A stretch of 63,727 nt of DNA, the filler included, from Sphacelaria rigidula (taxonomy: Eukaryota): assembly GCA_964200075.2 (NCBI GenBank). It is 6 parts of 6 records of this genome, joined end to end, with 100 filler letters (N's around TTAATTAATTAA, not from the genome) between each part and the next. Parts side by side here need not be neighbours in the genome. Positions count along the whole stretch, not along the records: positions 21,280 to 31,817 come from CAXNAA020006317.1; positions 31,918 to 42,454 come from CAXNAA020006318.1; 4 more parts are not named here. One strand, written 5' to 3'. Positions within the stretch are counted from its first letter, which is position 1; each line of letters begins with the position of its first letter. This document shows positions 23,640 through 34,515 of the stretch, in pieces. The notes below the pieces were generated by a model. It saw only the letters and a list, made by a program, of their open reading frames with translations. It was not told the origin of the DNA and searched no databases. The translations under genes were made by a program, and so were the position numbers.

Positions 23640-26110
23640 ACCAACAAGTGGTCAAACTAGAGCTTGATGAACTCAGACATCATTGTTGCCGAAGTCTACC
23701 GTCAAATTCATCGCTCGCGCAATGCCCTATTCAACGCCCACACTGCACCGCAGGCACCAGTCCCACCGAGTCACGAAGGTCGCGCTGCTCCTTTTGAAGC
23801 ATTGCCGTCAGAGGACGAACAACTTCTCTCATACGTTGGACCACGGCGAGTCGGCGACCGTGAACCTCCTGTCCAGTTTTAGCGCCTCTTCCAGCGCTCG
23901 CATCACATGGTTTTTGAAATGCGATGCGTTATCACCAACCCAGACCTCTGGTGGGCCCAAAGTTTTGCACCACGTCAACAAATGCTGCACCGTCAAGGCA
24001 GCAGTGCAAGATTCCGTGGGTTCCAACCACACGAAATTGCTCAGATCTTTCATGATCACTAAAATGCACTGGTACCCATCGCCTTCATCCAAACCGCTCT
24101 TGCCCAAGGGACCACTCTCACCAACGTAGAGATAATCAAAGTGCATCAACTCACCGGGTCGTGTACCATGAACGGTCTCCCCTAACGGTCGCGGGACCAT
24201 CTCCCCAGCTTTCGAATCCACGCACTGCAAGCATTTTTTCACAAAATTGGTAACGTGAGCTTCCCTCTGGTACCAACAGCAGTATTCCTGTAATCGTTGC
24301 AATGTGGCCACAACCCCGCGTTGGCTTGCCCCATTCATGTGGGCACACACCATCAAACGTGTTTGCAATTCTTTTTCTTGCGGCGGGATCCACAACACAT
24401 ACATATCTGCGACGTGCACGCGAAACAAACACTCACCGTCGTTCGAAACGCGCCCAACAGCGGCAGTAAACGAGGTAGCTCCATCAACCATCACCCCGAA
24501 CCCTGCGCGAGCCTGCTCTTGAGCTGCTCGAATGTCGCCCTTTAACGGTAGCGTGTTATCCGGCTCACCACTCGCGAATACCGCCAGAGCACGAACAGAC
24601 ACCGCCGGAACATTCACCCACCTTGACAGCAAGTCTCCCCAGCAGTTGCGTTCCCCAGAAATGTGCCTGATAGTGTATTCATACTGCCCGAGCACAGCCT
24701 CCCATTACTCGAGTCTCTAGGCAACAGTCTGAGACAACGATGCCACGCACCCCTCAGGATTAAAAGTGTATGCCAAACTAGGATGGTCAGTGAAAATATG
24801 CACTCCGCCCCACAGCAAATACTCCAACCTTCGGAATGTCCTCACAATGGCGTAGTCTCCCTTATCCATCGTAGCCCATCGAACTTGTGCCGCACGAAAA
24901 GCCCCACTGAAAAGCCCGATTGGCTCGAGACTCATGTCTTCGACTGCCAGCAGCTTGTCCAACTCAGCGGCCGGCACCTGCGTCAAAAAACTGCCCCGAT
25001 GTAGATCCGATGCATCTGGAAAGATCAGCACCTCATACCCTTCCTTCGGATACGACAAAGCGACAGCATGCGCCACCAAATCTTGCGCAGCATACCACGC
25101 CTGACCCCGCTAAAATGTCCACGCCGAACCTTTGATTATGCGGGTGAACACCACTCCCGTGGTGCGGCGGACGTTTTCCCGCAGATGTTCCTCCCATAGC
25201 TCACCCAGCGGCTCCACCGTTTCCGCCAAACGCGGTAGAGATATTCGCAGCCAGGTAATAGCCTGGAAAGCTTGCATCAGCTCACCCGCCGTACATGGGC
25301 GACGCATGTTGGCTAACCCGGTCAGTCGGTCGCGATCATGAGCAACCTGTCCAGCTGAAAAAATCTTCCCACACCACGTGATCTGCGTATCATAAAATAA
25401 GCACGTTTGCGCAACAGCAAACAGACCAAAATCCTTCAATCGGCCCAAAATCGCATCCAGCGTTCGCAGCAAGTCATCCTTCCCAAAACACGATGCACCC
25501 AACAAATCGGCCATTTCTGTCTTATCACTCGGCATAACATTACAAACCTTCCCCAGCTGCCGGTTGACTGCTATAATCACTCACCAAACGATAGCTGTCC
25601 TTCTTGGGCGCAGTCATAGCTGCGCTTGCCCACACCGCCTGCATATCGCGGAATACCAACCCCAGCACCACCAGCCTAGCCATGCACCCTGCCAACCAGC
25701 TCTTCTTCACTGGAGAGAATGTTCTCAGGCTTGCCTTGACTGAGTTAGCCCCCGGTTTGAAGCGTCCCTGCGAAGGCTACACGTGAGCAGGCGGGTCACC
25801 TCGCAACGATCGTCGAAATGCATTGGTCCGACGGCCGACAATTTCTCGGAGCTTGCTCACCCCGTCCTCGGAACGCTCAATTTCTCGGAGCTTGCACCGC
25901 CTCCTCAAGCGCCATTTTGCGCTCAACAAGCTCTTGCTCCGGTGACATAAACAATTCCGGACCCCGCGACACCAATCGCTCGACAATTGAATCCACTGGT
26001 TCCTCGTGACCGGTCGTGTCCTGGAGCTCCTCGACAGCGAGATTCACACGCCTGCAGTCGCGGAATTCAGGCGTCTCGATACCCCGCAAAGAAGGGCGTT
26101 CTGCTTGCGC
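23640..26110 (-). mobile_element. Ty3/Gypsy pol relic (RT with core deleted - RNase H - integrase)
   Basis: RNase H motifs LIFPDASD...FTDHPSL...HISGERNCWGDLLSRW. Integrase H..CxxC (CLQC), HFDYL and WVGDNASHF..SPWSN. Domain order RT-RH-IN is that of Gypsy. Stops and frameshifts present. Confidence 0.92.
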
Positions 26111-26114
26111 GCAT

Positions 26115-26363
26115 GACTAATGCCGAGATAGCCCCCCCACAAAAGTGCACCGGAGACCGTCCGACAAACCAGCTGCGATCCCACTATTGGGCTCGTTCGC
26201 AGCAATTTCACCCGCATGAGAGACGTGTAGCAATCCGAAATCAGCCATAACGCCCAAATGAGTCGCGTCGTGCAGCACGCAACCAGCTCTAACAGTATTT
26301 ATGATCATCACCCCCAGTGCACGTTTTTGGCCGGTTCGGGGGGGTGCTATCTCGGCAGCAGTC
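26115..26363. mobile_element. MITE family M1 (249 bp), TSD GCAT
   Basis: TIRs GACTAATGCCGAGATAGCCCCCC ... GGGGGTGCTATCTCGGCAGCAGTC, flanked by GCAT on both sides. Homologous copies at 37266-37513 and 61923-62168. Confidence 0.9.
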
Positions 26364-26681
26364 GCATGTGCCCAGATCATTGGAGATGTTGATGCCGACT
26401 TTCGCCAGAGTTTTGCTCCCGATAATAACCACATCATCACATCAGCGCAGAGCATAATCTGTAGACTCTAGCCATCATTCTTATCTAAGGTTGACGACAT
26501 TGTGTACGTGGAGTTGCGGGTCTGATTGCCGGACTCGGTGATGGGTGACCTCATTGACGTGTAGGCCTGATTTTGCTACTTTGGTGGAGAGAGGCTATGG
26601 TCCTGTTATCCTGTACTATGCTGAGGGTCAATACATGAACAACTAAAGCTGCTGAAGTACATGTGCCCGTAATTGGAGGAG

Positions 26682-27084
26682 TGTGTTGTGTGTTGTCGTC
26701 CCATTTAATCTGGACGCCAGTTTACCCCTTTCAGGATATGTGGGCGCATCAGCCGGGGTCACACAGGAGAAAGGTCAACACAGGAGCTTTTTATTTTAAA
26801 TTTTTTTTAGTACCCCACCTTCCTTCTGCTGTTTTTGCCTTTAATTTTTTTTGCGAGAGGGGTCCACCTTCCTTCTGCTGTTTTTGCCTTTATTTTTTTT
26901 TGCGAAAGGGGTCCAGCAGTTCCTTCCCCTCGTCGACTGTGAAGTCGAATTTTGTGTACCCACGACATAGTCGCTCTCCACTGTTGAGCATGGTGTAAGA
27001 ACAAACCCCAGATCGCTCCTAGAATCGAACCCCACAACTCAAAGAAGGTTACGAGGTTACCAACTGAGCCACCGGGGCGACCGG
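26682..27084 (-). mobile_element. tRNA-derived SINE
   Basis: Minus-strand head has Pol III A box TGGCTCAGTTGG (27071-27060) and B box GGTTCGATTC (27031-27022), followed by a body and a (CAA/CA)n tail. The 3' end of a second copy is at 53018-53091. Confidence 0.82.
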
Positions 27085-27479
27085 TTACATACCCACATGG
27101 CAATATGATCTTGAGTGACAGAAGTCTGTAATGAACGTTCATCAAGTCCGCTGACTAGCGGTAGGTCCGCTGAAAAGCAGCTGACACATCAAGATAGGAA
27201 AGTCTGCAGGCCTGATCAGTTTGCAGCAAACAAGACTAGCTCAAGGCGTGTGAACGTCGCGAGTAGTCGGAGAAGTAGAGCCGAGGAGGTTCTGAGGGAG
27301 TGCTAGGGCGGGCTGTGGTATCGCTCGAGCGTGAGGTGCGTGATGTTGACCGACAGCTGGCGAGCCCGTGAGCGTTCCAAAAAAACGTGGCGTAATTACA
27401 GCCTGGTGGAGCCAGCGAGGGTTGCTTGTTCCACGCTTGACCAGGTACGGTCAGGAAGAAGGGCCTAAGGACTTCAAAC

Positions 27480-28688
27480 ACGTGGTGAGACCTGCGTGAG
27501 GAAGAGGCGCTGTGGCCATTGTCGTTTGGTGGCCAAGCGCGTATTGGTATATGGAAAGGGTTTGCTTCTGCGATTGAGAATAAACGCTGTTTTTTTTGGA
27601 ATTATTGTTGAGCTGTTGAGGTGCTGCTTTGTGATTGTCCACTATGTACACATGTCGTGGTGGCTCGGCGCTTAATGAGAAGCGTGGAGGTAGCGGCAAA
27701 GCCTGTTCGACTGTTCAGCACGATGAGACGCAGGAATATGTCATCGTCGATGGTCGTGTTGTTCCTGTATTGGCGCTGGAGGTGCCGTACTACGGCCGCA
27801 GTTTGCTGAGCGAGAAATCGGCCGAATTTTTACGGAAATACGAGTGATATTTACGAGATGTAGATCAGGTGAACGCGCGGTAGACAAACCTCTTTGAGGT
27901 GGCAGTAGTTTCTGACCTCATGCCGGGACATATTGCGAAATGTCTGCGTGAAACGTTCTTGAAAGATGTTCATGCGTCGTCCGATGGGTTGCATCGCACT
28001 GTGACGTGCGAACTTGTCACACAGCATATGTCTGCTCAAGGGGACAGGAACGGTAATACACCCGCCCAACGTACAGTAGGTGGTCCACGTTTGAAAAAAC
28101 GATAGAGGGCAGCTGCTTGCACTGTGAAAGCCGAGAAACATGTGTCTGCCCGACAGAACAGGCACGACAGTGCACCCACCGAACGTGCAGTGGGTGGTCC
28201 GCGTCTGAAACAACGATACTGGGGAGAAGCTTGAACTCTAAAAGCAGAGAATCATGTGTCTGCCCGAGTGAGCAGGCACGATATTACACCTGCTGAGCGT
28301 ACAGTAGTAGAAACAGCTCGCCCGCGACTGAGACAACGACGCGGTGCCACTTTGAGGGACGCAAGGGTGACGTCGCATGTGTCTGTCCGAAGAGACGCAC
28401 TGGGCAGCAAGAACAGCGAGAGTACAGTAGTCGATGCTGAATTAGCAGCCGCTGGCAGTGCTGTTGGAAGAGGCCAACAAGTCACACAGCCATCGCTAGT
28501 CCGAGGGGACAGGCACGAGAGCGCTAGAGGCGTTGCCGCTCTTGCCGTCAAGGAGCAAGCCGGACAGGGGGTGGTGGCTGTGGCGAGTAGGAGTGATACT
28601 GCTGCTGCTGTTGGCAATGTTGAGAGGGCGAGGCCTACATGGGCCAATGAGCAAGTACTGGTGGGCGGAGGTCCCAGTTGCTTGTTGC
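27480..28688 (+). mobile_element. Second copy of the gag-like/114-bp-repeat LTR element
   Basis: ...CAAACA-CG-TGGTGAGACCTGCG PBS-like motif at ~27483. Peptide YVIVDGRVVPVLALEVPYYGRSLLSEKSAEFLRKYE, followed by the 38-aa repeats. Confidence 0.62.
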
Positions 28689-30229
28689 CTACGTATTTCA
28701 TGTCTTTCAGCTCATTTTCACGCTAACAGCAAGTGTCACCGTCTCCTACAATCGCAGCAAATACCATGCATCGTCCGTGCCAACCAGATCAGCACGACAT
28801 ACACATGCCAAATGTACACGTATACGCCCAAATTTTACCCTGCACACGCGATACGATCATGCTCGCTCAACAGCCATGTTCCATGCGCAAACATGACCTC
28901 AAACCACACAATAACAAGCTGCAATCATTCTCAAGACGATTCGCGAATACCAGTCATGATTTGCTTCCTCATTCTCAACAAGTACTCAATCACTTCAGCA
29001 CTTGGTCCTCAACATCAGCACCCAACTCGGCGCTCACCACAACAAATAGCAAGCATCTCAGGTAGGTAATGCCTTCTTTGTAGTCCTCCAGCCCGCTCCT
29101 GAGAAACTCGAACCACAACCCCGTGCACATTATAGAGCAGCGTTTCCACTCGAACGCTCGCTTCTCGCGCCATGAGTCCAGCTACAGCTCGCACCCTCGT
29201 GGAGCCGCTCAGCTCGCCACTCAACGGTATATCCGCACCGCCGAACCAATGCGACAAGCCATCTGTCTCCACAGATACTTGGGCAGTACTGAACATCGGT
29301 GCTTTAGCCAGTTTTACAGAGGAAACGAGAGGCGAAATGGGAACAGCTACACAGTCCCGCACAGCCACACCTCCTGATGGCACACTATCCTCCTCAAACA
29401 CCCGGCGGCGCGACAGTGGAGACACCTCCGCCACCGCCGCCATCTACACCAAAGCTGTGCATGTAAACCGCAGTACACACGACCACCCCAACACCACGCG
29501 ACGCTCGTTGTCGCCGCCAAATTGTGATCGCTAACAGCATCACCAGCTTGGAGCTTGCTCTGCGTACCCGCTTCACGCGAGTCACACGCTCCTGATGTTT
29601 CGATCATACAATGCGTGTCCACAGCTACGCGCTGGTCCGACGGCAATTCCGCCAACCCGGCATCCACCTCTCCTTCAAGCAGACACCCCTGTGAATCATC
29701 TGAACGATCTCCCGCCATGTCACTGGCGCAGATAGATTCACCATGAGCACGGCAAGCCCCTTGACCAACCTGCTCGTTTGCAATACACGAATAACAACCC
29801 CCTGCAGCTTCGAGCATGCAAGGAGTATCTCCAGCTACGCGCTGGTCCGGCAGCAACAAGCAACTGGGACCTCCGCCCACCAGTACTTGCTCATTGGCCC
29901 ATGTAGGCCTCGCCCTCTCAACATCGCCAACGGCAGCAGCAGTATCACCCCTACTCGCCACAGCCACCACCCCCTGTCCGGCTTGCTCCTTGACGGCAAG
30001 AGCGGCAACGCCTCTAGCGCTCTCGTGCCTGTCCCCTCGGACTAGCGATGGCTGTGTGACTTGTTGGCCTCTTCCAACAGCACTGCCAGCGGCTGCTAAT
30101 TCAGCATCGACTACTGTACTCTCGCTGTTCTTGCTGCCCAGTGCGTCTCTTCGGACAGACACATGCGACGTCACCCTTGCGTCCCTCAAAGTGGCACCGC
30201 GTCGTTGTCTCAGTCGCGGGCGAGCTGTT
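28312..30229. repeat. 377-bp inverted duplication (arms 28312-28688 and 29853-30229)
   Basis: The arms are reverse complements with about 3 mismatches by eye. The ORF track shows identical peptides on opposite strands. Confidence 0.92.
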
Positions 30230-30238
30230 CCTAGTATT

Positions 30239-30410
30239 GACACTTTCTATGATACCTCCCCCTTCGAAAGTGCACGTTTTTGAGAGGTAAAACCTTCACG
30301 TAAATCGAAATGAGAAAAGCTGAGGACAACGAGAAGCTGGGAACTCCCACGCTTGGGTTCGTTTTAGCCAAAACCAAGCCTCACGTCATGGAAGTCACCT
30401 ATCACAGAGT
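30239..30410. mobile_element. MITE family M2, partial copy
   Basis: Begins GACACTTTCTATGATACCTCCCCC...GAAAGTGCA; internal match to other M2 copies. Confidence 0.7.
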
Positions 30411-30899
30411 CCGCCAATCAGACCCGCAACTCCACTACACAATGTCCCTAACCTTAGATAACAATGGTGGCTCAAGTCTACAGGTTCCAGATGTTCGAGT
30501 GGTCACACCAATGGTTGGTGAACAGCTGGTGAAACTGGCTAACGTCAATTTTGAGCGCGTGAAGCAAAAAAGACTTGCCCTATCCGAACCGCTTCACACA
30601 CCAGCTGGGGACCGGCTGTGCTGGACCCATGCACATATGCGGTCATGCCGGGTACAGATGATGTGATATTCATGGGGAGCCCTACGCTGGAGGCGCTGGG
30701 CATTGACTTGTACAGTATGCGGACTCCGGGCAACATTGTTCCCTTGATTCGGAACATGGCTGCAGTGGAGAAAATGCATAGCAGGTGTTTATAGTCTGGT
30801 TGATGGATAACGGGTCTGGGAGTATGATCAGTGGACTCCGTGATGTATGATGGTTGCACACGAAGTGCAAAAAACCTTCTGGTCAATGAAGCTGCAGCA

Positions 30900-31817
30900 G
30901 GTGTGAAAAAGGTCAGACGGACAAGCAAAGTCGTTGCCGCAGCTGCAGCAGGAGTAGCAACAGCAGCAGCAACAACAGGTCCATGGTCAGCGGGGGGGCA
31001 GTAAACGTCCTGCTCCCACACGGGCTGTTTTCCCAGAGGATGGAACGCCAGGGGGTGCTAGTAGTGCGGATAGCATGGTGCCGCCCCAGCCTTCCGCTCC
31101 GGCTCCTGCAGCTCAAACCCAACCGCCGGCAGGACCGGCTCAGGAGTGGACGTCTCAGACAATGCCGGTATGGCGGGGTCTGCACACCGCTGAGATTGCA
31201 GATTTACAGGCTGAGGGTGTAATAGTTGACCGCAAGCAGCGATGCTACCGGGCAGACTTGTCCGTTCCACGTTCCCATCACTATCATGTCTGTGAAAGTG
31301 ACGACCCAGTTGCAAGTAGTTTTCCCTGATGTGTCAGTCGTCACAAGTATGACTCGTGCATACCCGGTGAAACTAGCTGATGGTAATGTACGGAGTATGC
31401 AGTCGAAGACGTGCCTAGTGCGCACCGCTCTGCACACCGGCTGGGGACCAGTGGTGTTGGACCCGTGTCACTATGCGGTTATGCCAGGTGCCAATGATGT
31501 GGTGATCCTCGGGAGCGGTACGCTGGAGCCCATGGGCATTGACGTGTACAGTGGGCTGGACGCATGCGCACGCTCAAGACACGCGTTGGCGAGAGGTGTA
31601 AATACGCCTGAATTCCGAGAATGTAGGCGTGTGAGCATTGCGATTGAGGCATTACAGAACCCAGGTGGACAAGAGGAGCCTGTGAATCCCTCCGTTGAGC
31701 GATTGATGTCGCGTGGTCCCGAGATGAACGTGATCCCAGAGGAGGAGCTGGCAGAGCGTCGTGTCGCACTGGATCATGCAGTACAGGCGGCTGCGGACAA
31801 GGGTATGTCGGCGAGCG
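30900..31817 (+). mobile_element. Ty3/Gypsy fragment (protease region to RT N-terminus), same lineage as 23640-26110 and 59900-63427
   Basis: TGWGPVVLDP..YAVMPGANDVVILG..TL...GID and VERLMSRGPEM...EEEL match WGPAPLPP.SFAIMPGSDGVILLG.PTL...GVD and VEGLLERGPDM in contig 6. Confidence 0.8.
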
Positions 31818-31917
31818 NNNNNNNNNNNNNNNNNNNNNNNNNNNNNNNNNNNNNNNNNNNNTTAATTAATTAANNNNNNNNNNNNNNNNNNNNNNNNNNN
31901 NNNNNNNNNNNNNNNNN
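31818..31917. other. Artificial contig linker
   Basis: N44-TTAATTAATTAA-N44. Confidence 0.98.
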
Positions 31918-32056
31918 TGCGTTATTGGCTAGAGCGAACCCAAGCGTTAGAATTCCCAGCTTCTCGTTGTGCTCGGCTTTTCCCATTTCGATTTACGTGA
32001 AGATTTGGCCTCCCAAAACCATGCACTTTCTGGGGGGGGCTATCGTAGAAGGTGTC
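31918..32056. mobile_element. MITE family M2, half copy at contig start
   Basis: Ends TGCACTTTCTGGGGGGGGCTATCGTAGAAGGTGTC, the reverse complement of GACACCTTCTACGATAGCCCCCC. Confidence 0.75.
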
Positions 32057-34275
32057 GAACATGATTTTTCGGAGCGTGGATCCGCCTGAACGTTCGCGCG
32101 AAACCTTCGGCGTAGTAAGCTGGAACGCACTCCAGTGCTCATGATCTCAGCATCAGATATCACTCGAGAAAGATATTGAAGACCAGAAATCGAAATAAGC
32201 ACAGGGTCACCTACTTGTATCTGTCCCATCTCTCACAACAAGTCAGAGCAGCGACCCAACGTCTCGAACAAACTCGCGTCAACAGCCTACCCGCCCCATT
32301 TCTTTGTTCCCATGTCCTCCTCAACATGATAAGAAGAGGGAGTACTGCACGAACATGCTCCATCTCCTGCTTCCTTCATCACTGCTAGAAACAGCGTCGG
32401 GCAGTCCGGGGTTTGGCTTGATCGTCGGTTACCCTCCATCCAAAAACCATGGTACACACCTCATCTCCAAGGGTTGCCCCTGGATTACACATATTTCCAA
32501 TGAAACGTGCAAGCTCGAGGGAACGCGAAGCAACATCGTGTAGAGTAACATATTTTTCAATCATGCACTGACCTACCTAAGCATAGTGACCACTCCTCAT
32601 CCTGCTCAGTGCACAGTTCATCAAATACTCCTACACGGGCATCATCGTAGTCTCGACATGACGATCAGGCAATTCTTCACGAAGAATGATACATTTTTTG
32701 ACGTCACACTCTCAAAATGGCGAACAGGCAATTTTTCCACTAAGTATTGTATATTTGACATCGCGCGCAAATCCATGATGTCTCGTTTTCACGACTGTTT
32801 GGCTTTCATACCCGTTGCGAACTTCGGTCGGGAGAAGGTACGGTAGAGCAACGAAAGCTAGCTATGATCCGGTTTGCCTGTCGTACTACCTGCAGCGTTG
32901 CGTGGAAGCCACGAGACCTTTGCTGTCGGCGGTTGATGGCGTCGGTCTCAAATGCAACGACAGGGGGTTGATGGTTGAGCACTCTCGTCCCAGTTTGTGA
33001 TGTATGAGCTCATAACAGCATAATTCTGGAAAGCTACTTGTACTGTACCAAGGTGTCCACGCGACCAGCGTGTGCTCCAGGTTGCAGGACGGACGGACTC
33101 CTACACGCCACGCTAGTAACAATTAGGTCATCACCATGAGGTTATTTTTACCAAAGATTATTACAAGCGTTTGATCTCTCATACACCCCCCTCAACTGGT
33201 GTAACCAAGCTGTTCTGGTCGGGCACCCAGAGGGTCATTTGTGGGTAGAATCAATGATGAATAACACCCCCCAAGTTCAAAGTGAGTCTATTTGTCATGG
33301 CCGAACCATCGACCTCGCTGGCATGGGTGTGACAGAGAACAGTAGTGGTGGTGACGGGAACATTGCCCTGTTTTTCAACTTCATATTTTTCAGCGTACAG
33401 TGGCGCGCCCTGTCCAAAAGGAGGGGCAAAGAGAAATTGATTTTCGCGTTGGTGAGCTCGACAGGCAATTACAAGACGAGAAGAAATCTCTCCGCAGCTC
33501 GATGTCTCTGCACGTGAAAAATTTGGCACATGCTGGCAACATCGATGATGCCAGTCTCTCGATCGATTAATAATCGCCGAGCGAGAAGTCACAGAGGACA
33601 CGAGCAAGGAGATTCCCCATGTCGGGGCTTCTCTCTCTAAAAATATCGTCATCGACATGAGTGTACACCGCATTCGTTGGGTGCACCTTTCCACAGCTGC
33701 TCAAGTGCTGCGGACATCTGGGGCGGAAGATGACTTCGCTCGGTCGTATGTCAATCGCGTCATTCCTGCATATGAAGAAAGCTAGTTGAACCTAATTGGT
33801 GGTATCTGTAGGGACTGGCCCGACTGGTTTCGAAAAGCGTCGGTCCTGAGGTGTGTTGAACTCATTCGCGGAATAGGTTGTCATGCGTAACAGGACCGCG
33901 AGCTTGAACGACCGCATCACAATTTGAACATTCCTTCTGTAGGCTTAGAGTTTGGGCTGGTGTTGGGGTTGGGGTCCGGGGCGTGTTTCCTGCAGGGACT
34001 CGCCCGATTGGGTTTGGAAAATGTCGATGGTGAGGTGTTTCGAGCCACGGCGCGGTCCTCTCACGCATTACAAGGTCATCAGCCCGGTGCTTCCTGGCGA
34101 AGTCATCTCCTACAAAATGATTCTACTTGATTGCAATGTCGTCGGATCTTCGATACTACGCCCATGCACACCAACAATTGTGGCACGCCGTACGGTTGTC
34201 GAAATTTCCGCATGTATCGCCCCGTGTCGACGAAGCACAGTATCTGCACTACTTTTTGCCCACTCGCGATACCAG

Positions 34276-34515
34276 ATGATTTACGTTGTCGAAGGTGAAG
34301 TGCGAGTGGGCTTCATGGAGGAGGCCGGCGGGGATGGGGCGGTATACAACGACCTGAGTGAAGGCGACGTGACTATTCAACCACAAGGGCTCATTCACTA
34401 CCAGCAAAACCTCGGCTGCAAGCCGTCCACATTCATAGCCGCCCTGAACCACGAGGATCCTGGTACTGTGCCCATCGCCGCGAGCTTCTTCGAACTTCCG
34501 AGAGAAGCGGTCAAG
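34276..34515 (+). CDS. Germin/spherulin-like cupin, single internal exon (80 aa)
   Basis: cag|MIYVVEGEVRVGFMEEAGGDGAVYNDLSEGDVTIQPQGLIHYQQNLGCKPSTFIAALNHEDPGTVPIAASFFELPREAVK|gtaag. Cupin motif 2 (GD.x.PxGLIHYQxN) and the EDPG tail are typical of germin-like proteins. Flanking exons were not found. Confidence 0.8.

Noticed and set aside
27020-27084. tRNA gene
   Set aside because: A and B boxes are present but there is no full cloverleaf. It continues into a SINE body and tail with a second copy at 53018-53091.
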